Shown here in pieces: positions 34,398-42,003 of a stretch of 42,003 nucleotides of DNA (the first letter of the stretch is position 1; every line of letters starts with the position of its first letter). The DNA comes from a virus (taxonomy: Duplodnaviria; Caudoviricetes): positions 1 to 42,003 of the IMG/VR virus record IMGVR_UViG_3300042465_002800; one strand, 5' to 3'. The notes beneath the pieces were generated by a model. It was not told the DNA's origin. It saw only the letters and a list, made by a program, of their open reading frames with translations, and made no database searches. Made by a program: the position numbers and the translations under genes.

Positions 34398-34780
34398 CTA
34401 CTGCCTTCAACTAATTGACCGTTTGGCAAAGTTATAAATGTATTTTTACGTTCTTCATTAGCAAAATAATCAGCTAAATCTTTAGTTGATCTATTTTGTA
34501 AATTCAGCTCAGAAGGCTGGAAATTCCATCTATCTTTACCACCAGATTGCCATTGGCCTCCTTGCATATCAGGAGCTGAATAAGATGATCCGCTACTAAA
34601 TGTTTTATGGTTAGGCATTTTAAATTCATCAGTTAAGTGCATCCCTGAACCTTGTGCAGACGCATAAGGCGCAGGGGCTTGAGGCTGGCCATATTTAGCC
34701 AAATACGCTTGCATATCGTAGCCTTCATTATTATTTTCAGGCATTTGGCGTAACATTTGAGCTAATCTAACAGCATCCAT
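34394..34780 (-). CDS. Hypothetical protein with H..D.FK.PNH.TFS..S.Y motif
   Basis: 128 aa, TAATG-coupled to nozzle gene. Confidence 0.7.
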   Translation of the reverse strand: MDAVRLAQMLRQMPENNNEGYDMQAYLAKYGQPQAPAPYASAQGSGMHLTDEFKMPNHKTFSSGSSYSAPDMQGGQWQSGGKDRWNFQPSELNLQNRSTKDLADYFANEERKNTFITLPNGQLVEGSR

Positions 34781-36330
34781 TACAGCACACTCCCCGGTTC
34801 AAATACATAAGTGGTAGAATAATACCTTATATCGGTAATGGCGCTCGATGTCTTAATTCGGTACGATCCGTAATACCCTAGCCCACTAGCCATACTCCAT
34901 TGCCTGTAAGGGTAAATATCACTTGACCCCCAAACATCAGTATCCCATACCCCTGTATCCCAGACGGTAGAGTGCGTTTCAACATTTGCGTTAGGTGCAT
35001 TACTAGAAGTTACAAAATCAAAATCAAGATTTAATAAGGTTGAGTATCCAAATGCGCCGTTTGACCCCATTGAAACCGATGCCATTGTCCAGCGCTTAAT
35101 TCGATTGCCAAACCCAAAAGTACTAAAAGCAGGTAATAGGTCAGTAATAACTGGAACGCCATTATCAGCTTGCGTATCCCACGCTTTACAGACTTTTCCT
35201 GCTGTGCCAAAATATAGATTCTCATTAGCAAAGTACCAACAGTATGCAGGTATATTAGTCCATCTTGACCAAGCACCTGAGATAGTGTTCATAACGTACT
35301 GATAACTAACAGTACTGCTAACAGGTATATTGACCAAAAGCATGTTTTGAGGGGGGTAAAGAAGCAAATCCCAATTAGCGTTATCTTTATAATTTGTCGT
35401 ATCTGAAGCTATTTGATTCTGAATTTTATCAGTAATCATCAAGTGCGTATTAACACGGCTAGACATCAAAGACTTAGATAAAGGTATCAAACCATCTTTA
35501 TTGAGGAACATGACATCCCCACCATATTTACAGGTACAGCGCATACCAACAGGTGAACCGACTAAATAAACGCCTACTAACGCCCATTCCGCAGCAGTAG
35601 CGGGGTCAGTACCTTTATAGATTGCTATTTGACCTGCTGAAGTAATGACTACAAAATAGTCATCCATCCCGTAGCCTGCATCCAATGACCAAGTATCAAT
35701 CTTGGTAATATGACCACCATATTCAAAGATAGGCCCGAAATCAAATACTGTGGCTGCGCCAGATATAGCGTCTGTCGCTAAGTACCAGCACTTCATGGTT
35801 TGTGTTTGGATAAACCAGTTACGCCTTTTATGCGTATGAATATCAATTAAACTGGTCGTTGCAACGCCCGTAATAGCGTAGGGGGTAGATACAGCCGTAA
35901 CGGTGTACCATGTCGTACCGTTATAGATACGCATAGAATCTGTACCATTAGCCGCAAGAAGAAACCCCCCTCCGGAGTTAGCAAATTGCACATGTTGCCA
36001 TCTAGCGCTAGATAACCCTGTAATAACGGGTGATCCTACCGCGCCTGCCGTAGTTACATCATAAATTTTACCCGTGCTAGTAGCCGCAAATAACTGTTCC
36101 GTTCCACTGGCACTATCATAATCGATTATGGACGTAACATCGCCATTAAGCCCTGTAGCCCAATCTGAATACCCTTTACGAACTTTTAGCTCGGTAGGTG
36201 TACAAAACCAATTATCAATGATAACCGCATCTGTAGGCTTCATTTCAGCTAATGGATCGCGCGCGTTCCATCCGCCAGTAGGTGCGGTTACAGTGACCGT
36301 TCTAGCATTTTGCCTTCTTGGTTGTAGCAT
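34780..36330 (-). CDS. Tail nozzle / tubular protein B-like (head closure)
   Basis: 516 aa beta-propeller-like; APTGGWNARD, RKGY, G...IY.GTDP, WD..WD..W; follows adaptor. Confidence 0.8.
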   Translation of the reverse strand: MLQPRRQNARTVTVTAPTGGWNARDPLAEMKPTDAVIIDNWFCTPTELKVRKGYSDWATGLNGDVTSIIDYDSASGTEQLFAATSTGKIYDVTTAGAVGSPVITGLSSARWQHVQFANSGGGFLLAANGTDSMRIYNGTTWYTVTAVSTPYAITGVATTSLIDIHTHKRRNWFIQTQTMKCWYLATDAISGAATVFDFGPIFEYGGHITKIDTWSLDAGYGMDDYFVVITSAGQIAIYKGTDPATAAEWALVGVYLVGSPVGMRCTCKYGGDVMFLNKDGLIPLSKSLMSSRVNTHLMITDKIQNQIASDTTNYKDNANWDLLLYPPQNMLLVNIPVSSTVSYQYVMNTISGAWSRWTNIPAYCWYFANENLYFGTAGKVCKAWDTQADNGVPVITDLLPAFSTFGFGNRIKRWTMASVSMGSNGAFGYSTLLNLDFDFVTSSNAPNANVETHSTVWDTGVWDTDVWGSSDIYPYRQWSMASGLGYYGSYRIKTSSAITDIRYYSTTYVFEPGSVL

Positions 36331-36340
36331 TTATCAGCCC

Positions 36341-37249
36341 CTAAGAAGTAGTATTGCCATACCCAGTGTCAGGTATGTTGTTCTGAGTAAGCAGTATATT
36401 TGGATAACGTGGGCTGAGAGATAAGGTATCAGCGCCTGATTCAGATGCCTTCCATTTATCTAATTCACGGGTATAATCTTGAAGTACAGCCGTTGTATCA
36501 AAGCCTTTAATTTCAAATAACTTAAGCTTAGTACCTAGAGTTAAAACGCGATCTGGAAACCTACTCGTATCTGTATCAGCGGTAAATTTAGTTTTTAAAA
36601 CGCCATTTAGGTCATAAACCCACGCATTAGAAACGTATTCAAACCCTAATACAAGTGTTGCCGCTGGCATCGGCCAGAGCGTAAATCGATCCCCCATCAT
36701 GCGGAAACGCATACGCGGGCCAGTTGTTACATAACTAGCTTTAAGCCATTGCCATTCTTGGGCATCTTTAGGCCCTATAATTGACCATCGATTAGACTTA
36801 TTATATTGAGTCTTATCCACCATACGCGCATAATCGCTAGGCATAGAATACTTAGCCTGACCAAACGTAATAGTGATTCCGGTAGCTGTTTGAGTAGAAG
36901 GGATAGTCATTACAGCAGTTGTAGTACCTACAGACGTTAGAAAGCTGTCTTGTTGGATACCTGTGCCTGAAGCCATAAAATCAGTAGTCAAACCCACTAC
37001 TGAACTTAGGTTAGAGATTGTTGTTGAGTCTGCGGTTACATCGCCAGTATATTGGTAGTAAACCGTTTCAAAACGGTACTCAGAAGCTAAAGTCTGCCAA
37101 TCCCTATCAGTTGATAGGGTATCGCCAGTTCTGTTCATCAGCGCCATTATTTGAAGCACTTGAGGATCATAGGAAGTAGCTACTGCGTTAGGGACAACCA
37201 ACCCTAGTTCTAAACAGACATCTTGCACGTTTGATAATAGGGTTGCCAT
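36341..37249 (-). CDS. Head-tail adaptor / tubular protein A-like
   Basis: Y.MPSDY, LWPMP, FEY.S..W, F.ADTD motifs; position after capsid genes. Confidence 0.75.
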   Translation of the reverse strand: MATLLSNVQDVCLELGLVVPNAVATSYDPQVLQIMALMNRTGDTLSTDRDWQTLASEYRFETVYYQYTGDVTADSTTISNLSSVVGLTTDFMASGTGIQQDSFLTSVGTTTAVMTIPSTQTATGITITFGQAKYSMPSDYARMVDKTQYNKSNRWSIIGPKDAQEWQWLKASYVTTGPRMRFRMMGDRFTLWPMPAATLVLGFEYVSNAWVYDLNGVLKTKFTADTDTSRFPDRVLTLGTKLKLFEIKGFDTTAVLQDYTRELDKWKASESGADTLSLSPRYPNILLTQNNIPDTGYGNTTS

Positions 37250-37259
37250 ATTTTAAATC

Positions 37260-37820
37260 CTATGAAGTTGGAGCGTCTACAGCAAAATCAATTTCAGTCG
37301 GTTCAGAACTTTTGCGTGTGCGTTGTTTAGCTGCTGGCGCTATATTCATAGAACTCATTAATTGCTTCATTTGTTCTTGAAGTTCTGCAATCTGTTCGTT
37401 TTGTTGACCGATTATAACATCTGCATCAACTTTACCCCTATTTAAAAAGGATTGAGCCTTAACTCTTAATTGCGTACCCCCCATCATTCTAGCAAAAGCT
37501 GAATCAGGCGCGCTGGCAACTTGTTCGATATATCTAAAACCTTGATAAGCTAATTCATGTCGCAATGTTTCGGCTATTTCTACCCATTCGGCCATTGGAG
37601 TGCCTTTTATATCTTTAAGCCCTTTATAGGCTTCCCATTGTCTTGCAAAGCGTCTTTTATGTTGGTCGTCAGCTATAGTGTCTATGGCTAATGATTTATC
37701 ACCGGGAACTCCAACTCTTATAAAATCGTGTTCTTCGTTTTCATAAATACCTACATAGAAAGAAACATCTAAGTACGCATCACCGCCAGTATCACCAACG
37801 TAAGAAATTCCATCGCTCAT
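37260..37820 (-). CDS. Conserved phage protein after capsid genes
   Basis: I.VPGD, RF...W.AYK, GTP..EW, IEQVA motifs. Confidence 0.7.
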   Translation of the reverse strand: MSDGISYVGDTGGDAYLDVSFYVGIYENEEHDFIRVGVPGDKSLAIDTIADDQHKRRFARQWEAYKGLKDIKGTPMAEWVEIAETLRHELAYQGFRYIEQVASAPDSAFARMMGGTQLRVKAQSFLNRGKVDADVIIGQQNEQIAELQEQMKQLMSSMNIAPAAKQRTRKSSEPTEIDFAVDAPTS

Positions 37821-37838
37821 TTTAAATCCTCGAAAAAT

Positions 37839-37865
37839 TAGGGGGTAATGGCTATTACCCCCTTT
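37839..37865 (-). terminator. Hairpin/terminator after capsid and decoration genes
   Basis: AGGGGGTAAT-GGCT-ATTACCCCCT with T-run downstream on minus strand. Confidence 0.7.
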
Positions 37866-37874
37866 ACTTCTATT

Positions 37875-38369
37875 TTATACTACTTGACCTTGATGGAATG
37901 GGCGGTTAATTTGAATCAACGCCAAGCCAGAAGAAGGTGTACCAGTAGTAGTACTAACTTTAGCATTAAGAATTTGCTCACCATTGACGGCTGCATCATC
38001 TACAGAGCCGGGAGTTGCAGCTAAAGCAAAAACGTCAGCGCCAACAGTCATAGCGTTAGGCGCTTTTACAGCAGCGATACCAGCAATTTGATACCAGCCG
38101 TATTGTGAAGCTACGTTAATAGACATCGCAACAGCAACAGAGCCTACACCGCCAGTAGCAGGAGCTAACGCAGTAGTACCTAAATAGCTATCATAATCGA
38201 CCAATGAACCTACAACAGTAGACGCAATGCCTTTTAGATAGATGAATTCACCAGCACCGTAAGATACATCTTCAGCACGAACGATAGTGCCTAAAAGATG
38301 ATTCTGAGTAGTGTCAGTTACTGAGATAGGCTGAGGGCCTATCAGGGGATCAGTAATTTTATAAGCCAT
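37875..38369 (-). CDS. Capsid decoration/cement protein
   Basis: 164 aa directly after MCP; GEFIYLKG, VAVAM, YGWYQIAG, PGSVDD. Confidence 0.7.
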   Translation of the reverse strand: MAYKITDPLIGPQPISVTDTTQNHLLGTIVRAEDVSYGAGEFIYLKGIASTVVGSLVDYDSYLGTTALAPATGGVGSVAVAMSINVASQYGWYQIAGIAAVKAPNAMTVGADVFALAATPGSVDDAAVNGEQILNAKVSTTTGTPSSGLALIQINRPFHQGQVV

Positions 38370-38381
38370 TAGATTTAAACC

Positions 38382-39380
38382 TTATAGAGTTGAGAAAGTA
38401 GCGTTGAATTGAGCGCCAGAACAAGTTAATGCTCCTGAGAAGCCCATCAAACGAACGATTGCATCTTGGTTGACCGCTTGACGATCTCCACCGATAGGTA
38501 CAAAGTTACGATCTTTGTGAGGACGGAAATAAACATATTTAGTGTTTATGAAGTCCATACGAGTAGCAGTTTGATTACCACCGATACCACCGCCCAATAC
38601 TACGTCAGCAGAACCAGCACCACCATAGAATTTCAATGCGCTAAAACCCGCAGCACCTAATTTATCATCAGTGATACGTTGGATAGCTTGTAAAGAAGAC
38701 AAGTAAACAGAGTAAGCAGTTGACCCAGCATAGATTAAATCTACATGGTCAGTTCCACGAACTACAGACAAAGCAACAGTGTTCATGCTGTTTTGAATGT
38801 TAGCAGCAGTAGCAACACCGCCAGCCAAAGTAGTAGATGTGAACGCACCGTTACGCCAGAAAGTCCAAGTAGCTCTATCAATACCACCGTAAGTACCTGA
38901 AGTAGGCGTAGTGCTTATCATAGCTGACAAACCAACTAAGTTTTTACCAGCATTACCAGTTCCATCAGTATGTAAATCAGTATCGATTTTGTTACGCAAG
39001 CGCGCTTCAGCAATCTCAACACGAGTTGCAAGCAACTCAATCATTTGCTCTTTACCACTGTTTTGTAACATTTCAGGGCCTGAAATAGTTACCGCATCAG
39101 CGTAATGCTTCAGAGTAAACTGAGCAGCACTGATAGGACTATCAGGTGAGATGTTAATAGTTTCATAACCGGAGTATGAAGAAGCGTAGTTAGTGTTAGG
39201 ATCGTTGTAGAACAATTCTTGTAAAATTGTTGAACCCCCAGAAATAGTTTTGATATTTCCACGTTCTGACAATCTCATCAATAAAGCGTTGTTGTTAGAC
39301 AAGTTGTTTTGAGCCGATTTAGTACGCGACTCAATAGTTGTAGCGATAATATCGCTGATTGCACTGTTGGCGAAAGCCAT
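38382..39380 (-). CDS. Major capsid protein
   Basis: 332 aa after scaffold; DIIATT, NNALL, YSGYE, DGTG..GK...GL, TYGGIDR..W.FWRN. Confidence 0.88.
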   Translation of the reverse strand: MAFANSAISDIIATTIESRTKSAQNNLSNNNALLMRLSERGNIKTISGGSTILQELFYNDPNTNYASSYSGYETINISPDSPISAAQFTLKHYADAVTISGPEMLQNSGKEQMIELLATRVEIAEARLRNKIDTDLHTDGTGNAGKNLVGLSAMISTTPTSGTYGGIDRATWTFWRNGAFTSTTLAGGVATAANIQNSMNTVALSVVRGTDHVDLIYAGSTAYSVYLSSLQAIQRITDDKLGAAGFSALKFYGGAGSADVVLGGGIGGNQTATRMDFINTKYVYFRPHKDRNFVPIGGDRQAVNQDAIVRLMGFSGALTCSGAQFNATFSTL

Positions 39381-39400
39381 AATAGTAACCCTCTAAAAAA

Positions 39401-40336
39401 TTATAAACCGTGTAAGCGCATAGCTTGACGTACGGCATCTTCAGTTGATGCAGGCATAACTGAGCGAGTCACTCCAGCAGGAGCGCCTTTTACAGATACG
39501 GCTGCGGCCTTTGCAGCTTGAGCTGCTTGATTTGCCTGAACTAGATTCTGCCGATTCACGCCACTTTGCTGTTGAGCTACCGTTTTGTTGAAAATATTAT
39601 CATCTAATCGTATGGCTTTCGCATAAGCATCATCCAAATCATTTGCAAATCCACGTTCTAGCAGGTCGGCCATCGTAGCTTGCACATCTGTAAAATGTTC
39701 ATGTGATTGTGCAAATTCATCAATCGTAGACTGAATTTGTACATCCTCTTGGCTTTGTCTAAAGTTTTGAGAGGCTTGCAACTGACTTTGGGTATACTCC
39801 AGTTGCGATTTTAAATTGTGCATATTCGGATCGTATGGCACACCGGCTAGTGAGTTCATGTCGATCTGATAATCATGTGCTAACTTTTGTAACATTTCCG
39901 CTTTTTCTTGGTAAGTACCCATTCTAAGCGTGTGTTCGGTTTTGAGTAAGTTAGTGAACGCTACATCTGGCGTTACTCCTAAATTACTCATGTAATCTTT
40001 ATACGGTGAAATGGCTCTATCTATAGTTTTAGCATAGTTAGCCGCTTCCTTGTATTGTTCAATTCCTTTATGAAATTGATCCTGCCGTTCGATTATATAC
40101 TTCTGTGCTTCTTCAGGCAACTTTTCCATCACCTTTGCTGCATCAGCCTTCCACGATTTCCACGGAGAGCGTTCTGGAGATACCGCTTCAACTTCTTTAA
40201 CTTCTTCAACTTCTTCTGGAGCTTCTAGCTTATCAAACTCCTTTTCAATAATATCATGGGTTGTTTCAGGTTCACTTGACTCAGCTACTTCTTCTACTAC
40301 TTCGCTTGAGTCGTCAAGCATTGTATCTTCACTCAT
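39401..40336 (-). CDS. Capsid scaffolding protein
   Basis: Acidic N-terminus, P..W, helical, AKAAAVSVKG C-terminus, precedes MCP. Confidence 0.75.
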   Translation of the reverse strand: MSEDTMLDDSSEVVEEVAESSEPETTHDIIEKEFDKLEAPEEVEEVKEVEAVSPERSPWKSWKADAAKVMEKLPEEAQKYIIERQDQFHKGIEQYKEAANYAKTIDRAISPYKDYMSNLGVTPDVAFTNLLKTEHTLRMGTYQEKAEMLQKLAHDYQIDMNSLAGVPYDPNMHNLKSQLEYTQSQLQASQNFRQSQEDVQIQSTIDEFAQSHEHFTDVQATMADLLERGFANDLDDAYAKAIRLDDNIFNKTVAQQQSGVNRQNLVQANQAAQAAKAAAVSVKGAPAGVTRSVMPASTEDAVRQAMRLHGL

Positions 40337-40346
40337 TTCTTAATCC

Positions 40347-40673
40347 TTAGTTAAATTTTTCGGCTATTTCTCTACGCAAAGAGTCTTTTTTACGTTTTTC
40401 CGCAAAATGGTCTACTTTTTGTTCTGTACTATCATTACCCACTTCACGCACATTATGAGTTATCAAATGCTTGCGGTGGTGGCTTCTGCTAGAAATCATT
40501 TCCCCTGTCACCATAGACTTATAGGGTTTTATGTCCTCAAATACGGCTGGTGCAGAAAGTACCCGAATAGTGATCTCGCCACAACATTCAGGTAACTTAT
40601 CCCAATCGGCTAACTTGCGGAAAATATCTTGATGTTCTCCGCAGGTTCTACATTTGACTTCGTACAAAGGCAT
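40347..40673 (-). CDS. FmdB-family zinc-ribbon protein
   Basis: MPLYEVKCRTCG...ECCG. Confidence 0.8.
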   Translation of the reverse strand: MPLYEVKCRTCGEHQDIFRKLADWDKLPECCGEITIRVLSAPAVFEDIKPYKSMVTGEMISSRSHHRKHLITHNVREVGNDSTEQKVDHFAEKRKKDSLRREIAEKFN

Positions 40674-41272
40674 TAAAGATCATCCTCCGTCCATTCAATA
40701 ACTAAGTATAATGACGCTCCAGCAGGTACAGCCGCGCCAGCAAAATTAAAAGCTATTGATTGAGCCACACCGCGTAATACTGGTGCTTTATCGTTACGGT
40801 TGCCAAATGTAAATTCTCTTACTGTTCCAGCTCCAGCAGGCGTAGCTCCAGCAGGTAAATATACTTTAGAGGCTTCTAAAGTTACACCTGTTCCTAATGC
40901 TGAAGGATTAGCCGTATATAAAGCTAAAGTAGCTGTAGCGGCGGCATCTGAAGTATCTGAAGGTGTTGCTACAGGCGCAGTTGAAGTACCTCCAGTATTA
41001 GCTGTAGTTCGTTTAGTAAGGTATAGATCGTAAATTGAGGCCGCTGTAGCTGTACCTAATATACCTGCTCTAGTTACACGGATAGTTTTAGTGGCTGAAC
41101 CGTTTAAAACCAATACGTCAGTAGCCGTAGCTACAGGCGTTATATCAATAGCAGTATACCTAAAAGTAGGTTTAGGGCTATTGATACTGACGGCTAATAG
41201 TGTACCGTCAGCCCCTGCTGATTGTGGTGCGCCCCCGTTAGAAGCGCCTGTTATTAGTGCTGATCCTGCCAT
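40673..41272 (-). CDS. Hypothetical structural protein (A/T/G-rich beta protein)
   Basis: 199-aa ORF in structural operon. Confidence 0.65.
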   Translation of the reverse strand: MAGSALITGASNGGAPQSAGADGTLLAVSINSPKPTFRYTAIDITPVATATDVLVLNGSATKTIRVTRAGILGTATAASIYDLYLTKRTTANTGGTSTAPVATPSDTSDAAATATLALYTANPSALGTGVTLEASKVYLPAGATPAGAGTVREFTFGNRNDKAPVLRGVAQSIAFNFAGAAVPAGASLYLVIEWTEDDL

Positions 41273-41281
41273 TTGATTTGC

Positions 41282-41740
41282 CTATAAAAGTAACATTATT
41301 GATTCTTCATCGTCTAATTCATCTTGAATTAAACGGTCTATTTCAGCTTGAAGCGCCGCCGCTTGCGCTTGCATAACCATTTCTTGAAGCTTAGCTATAT
41401 TAGCTTCTTCAGCAGCTTTATTTTCAACTACTAAGCTAGTATTTACTACTTTAGCTTCTGCGACTATAGCTTTACCTTCACCAGTAATTTTAGCTATAGC
41501 ATTAGCTATATCATCTTCAACTTCTTTGCGTAAGTCTTTATATACTTTAGTTTTTGCCTTTCCTATTCCCCCTTTAACAAAACTTATTGGCGGATTTTGC
41601 ACATAGGTCAATGTTGCATCGTTGCCAACAAAAATATAACTTCCTGTAGCGCAAGTTAGCGCATAACTTACTTTTGCAGCAGGCGCATCTGGTAATGATG
41701 CCCACGGTGCTGAAGCAAATGACCCAAATCCAAAAACCAT
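41282..41740 (-). CDS. Structural accessory protein with DDEESIMLLL C-terminus; allele of 3279..3566
   Basis: Identical first 40 aa; similar acidic-hydrophobic tail. Confidence 0.7.
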   Translation of the reverse strand: MVFGFGSFASAPWASLPDAPAAKVSYALTCATGSYIFVGNDATLTYVQNPPISFVKGGIGKAKTKVYKDLRKEVEDDIANAIAKITGEGKAIVAEAKVVNTSLVVENKAAEEANIAKLQEMVMQAQAAALQAEIDRLIQDELDDEESIMLLL

Positions 41741-42003
41741 TAGTAGCTAGGATACCACTTCAAAGTGGCAGCATCATACGTCATAATCAATGCTTTACTG
41801 ACCACAGTAGTTGTAACCAAAGCTATATTCCCTGCCGTAGTTGTAGACCATACCCCCGTTGGAATAATCGTAATCTGCCCACCTGTTGTTGCTATGCCCG
41901 TAGGCGGTGTGATGGTTGCAATGCTGATATTACCTGATACAAACACAATGCTGGTTGTAGGCGCAATGGTTGTAGCACTGGCTATGGTCGGTGCTACTTG
42001 ACC
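41740..42003 (-). CDS. C-terminal part of fibre gene (short allele ending WYPSY), 5' part lies at 4289..5665 if circularised
   Basis: Open to window end, in frame with and homologous to the 699-aa fibre; joined product would be 546 aa. Confidence 0.8.
   Translation of the reverse strand, partial: GQVAPTIASATTIAPTTSIVFVSGNISIATITPPTGIATTGGQITIIPTGVWSTTTAGNIALVTTTVVSKALIMTYDAATLKWYPSY

Noticed and set aside
41906-42003. Biological direct terminal repeat
   Set aside because: Match lies inside a coding gene, its partner is internal (4191..4288), and its length fits an assembler overlap; the likely true end is near 12700..13000

Overview
Essentially the whole window is tailed-phage DNA. It has podovirus-like architecture and a Gram-negative host, judged from the embedded Rz/Rz1 spanin pair. 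Bases 4289..42003 (about 37.7 kb) read as one complete, circularly permuted genome: the last 98 nt of the window are identical to 4191..4288 and rejoin a split fibre gene in frame. The modules are packaging (terS, terL, portal), fibre/accessory structural genes, scaffold and major capsid protein, adaptor, nozzle and ejection proteins, lysis (holin, spanins, GH24 lysozyme), replication (primase-helicase, HNH-AP2 endonuclease, PolA, SSB-like, Cas4-like nuclease, VRR-NUC, SNF2 helicase), and an AT-rich early region. Bases 1..~4190 are an alternative arm with a longer allele of the same fibre, a second P22 gp10-like nozzle gene and other genes. This is most likely a second phage sharing the fibre module, joined during assembly. 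The most unusual signals are: (1) early genes each preceded by a conserved ~50-nt covarying GGCC hairpin + RBS element, in a region very rich in GGCC; (2) a (CTGR)29 tetranucleotide tract next to a 9-bp iteron array and an IHF consensus at the probable genome end/origin; (3) a shared N-terminal LAxM(V/L)RQ motif in two unrelated genes that each sit directly after a nozzle gene. I saw no integrase, tRNA, CRISPR array or reverse transcriptase. All product calls come from motif recognition and gene order, not database searches.
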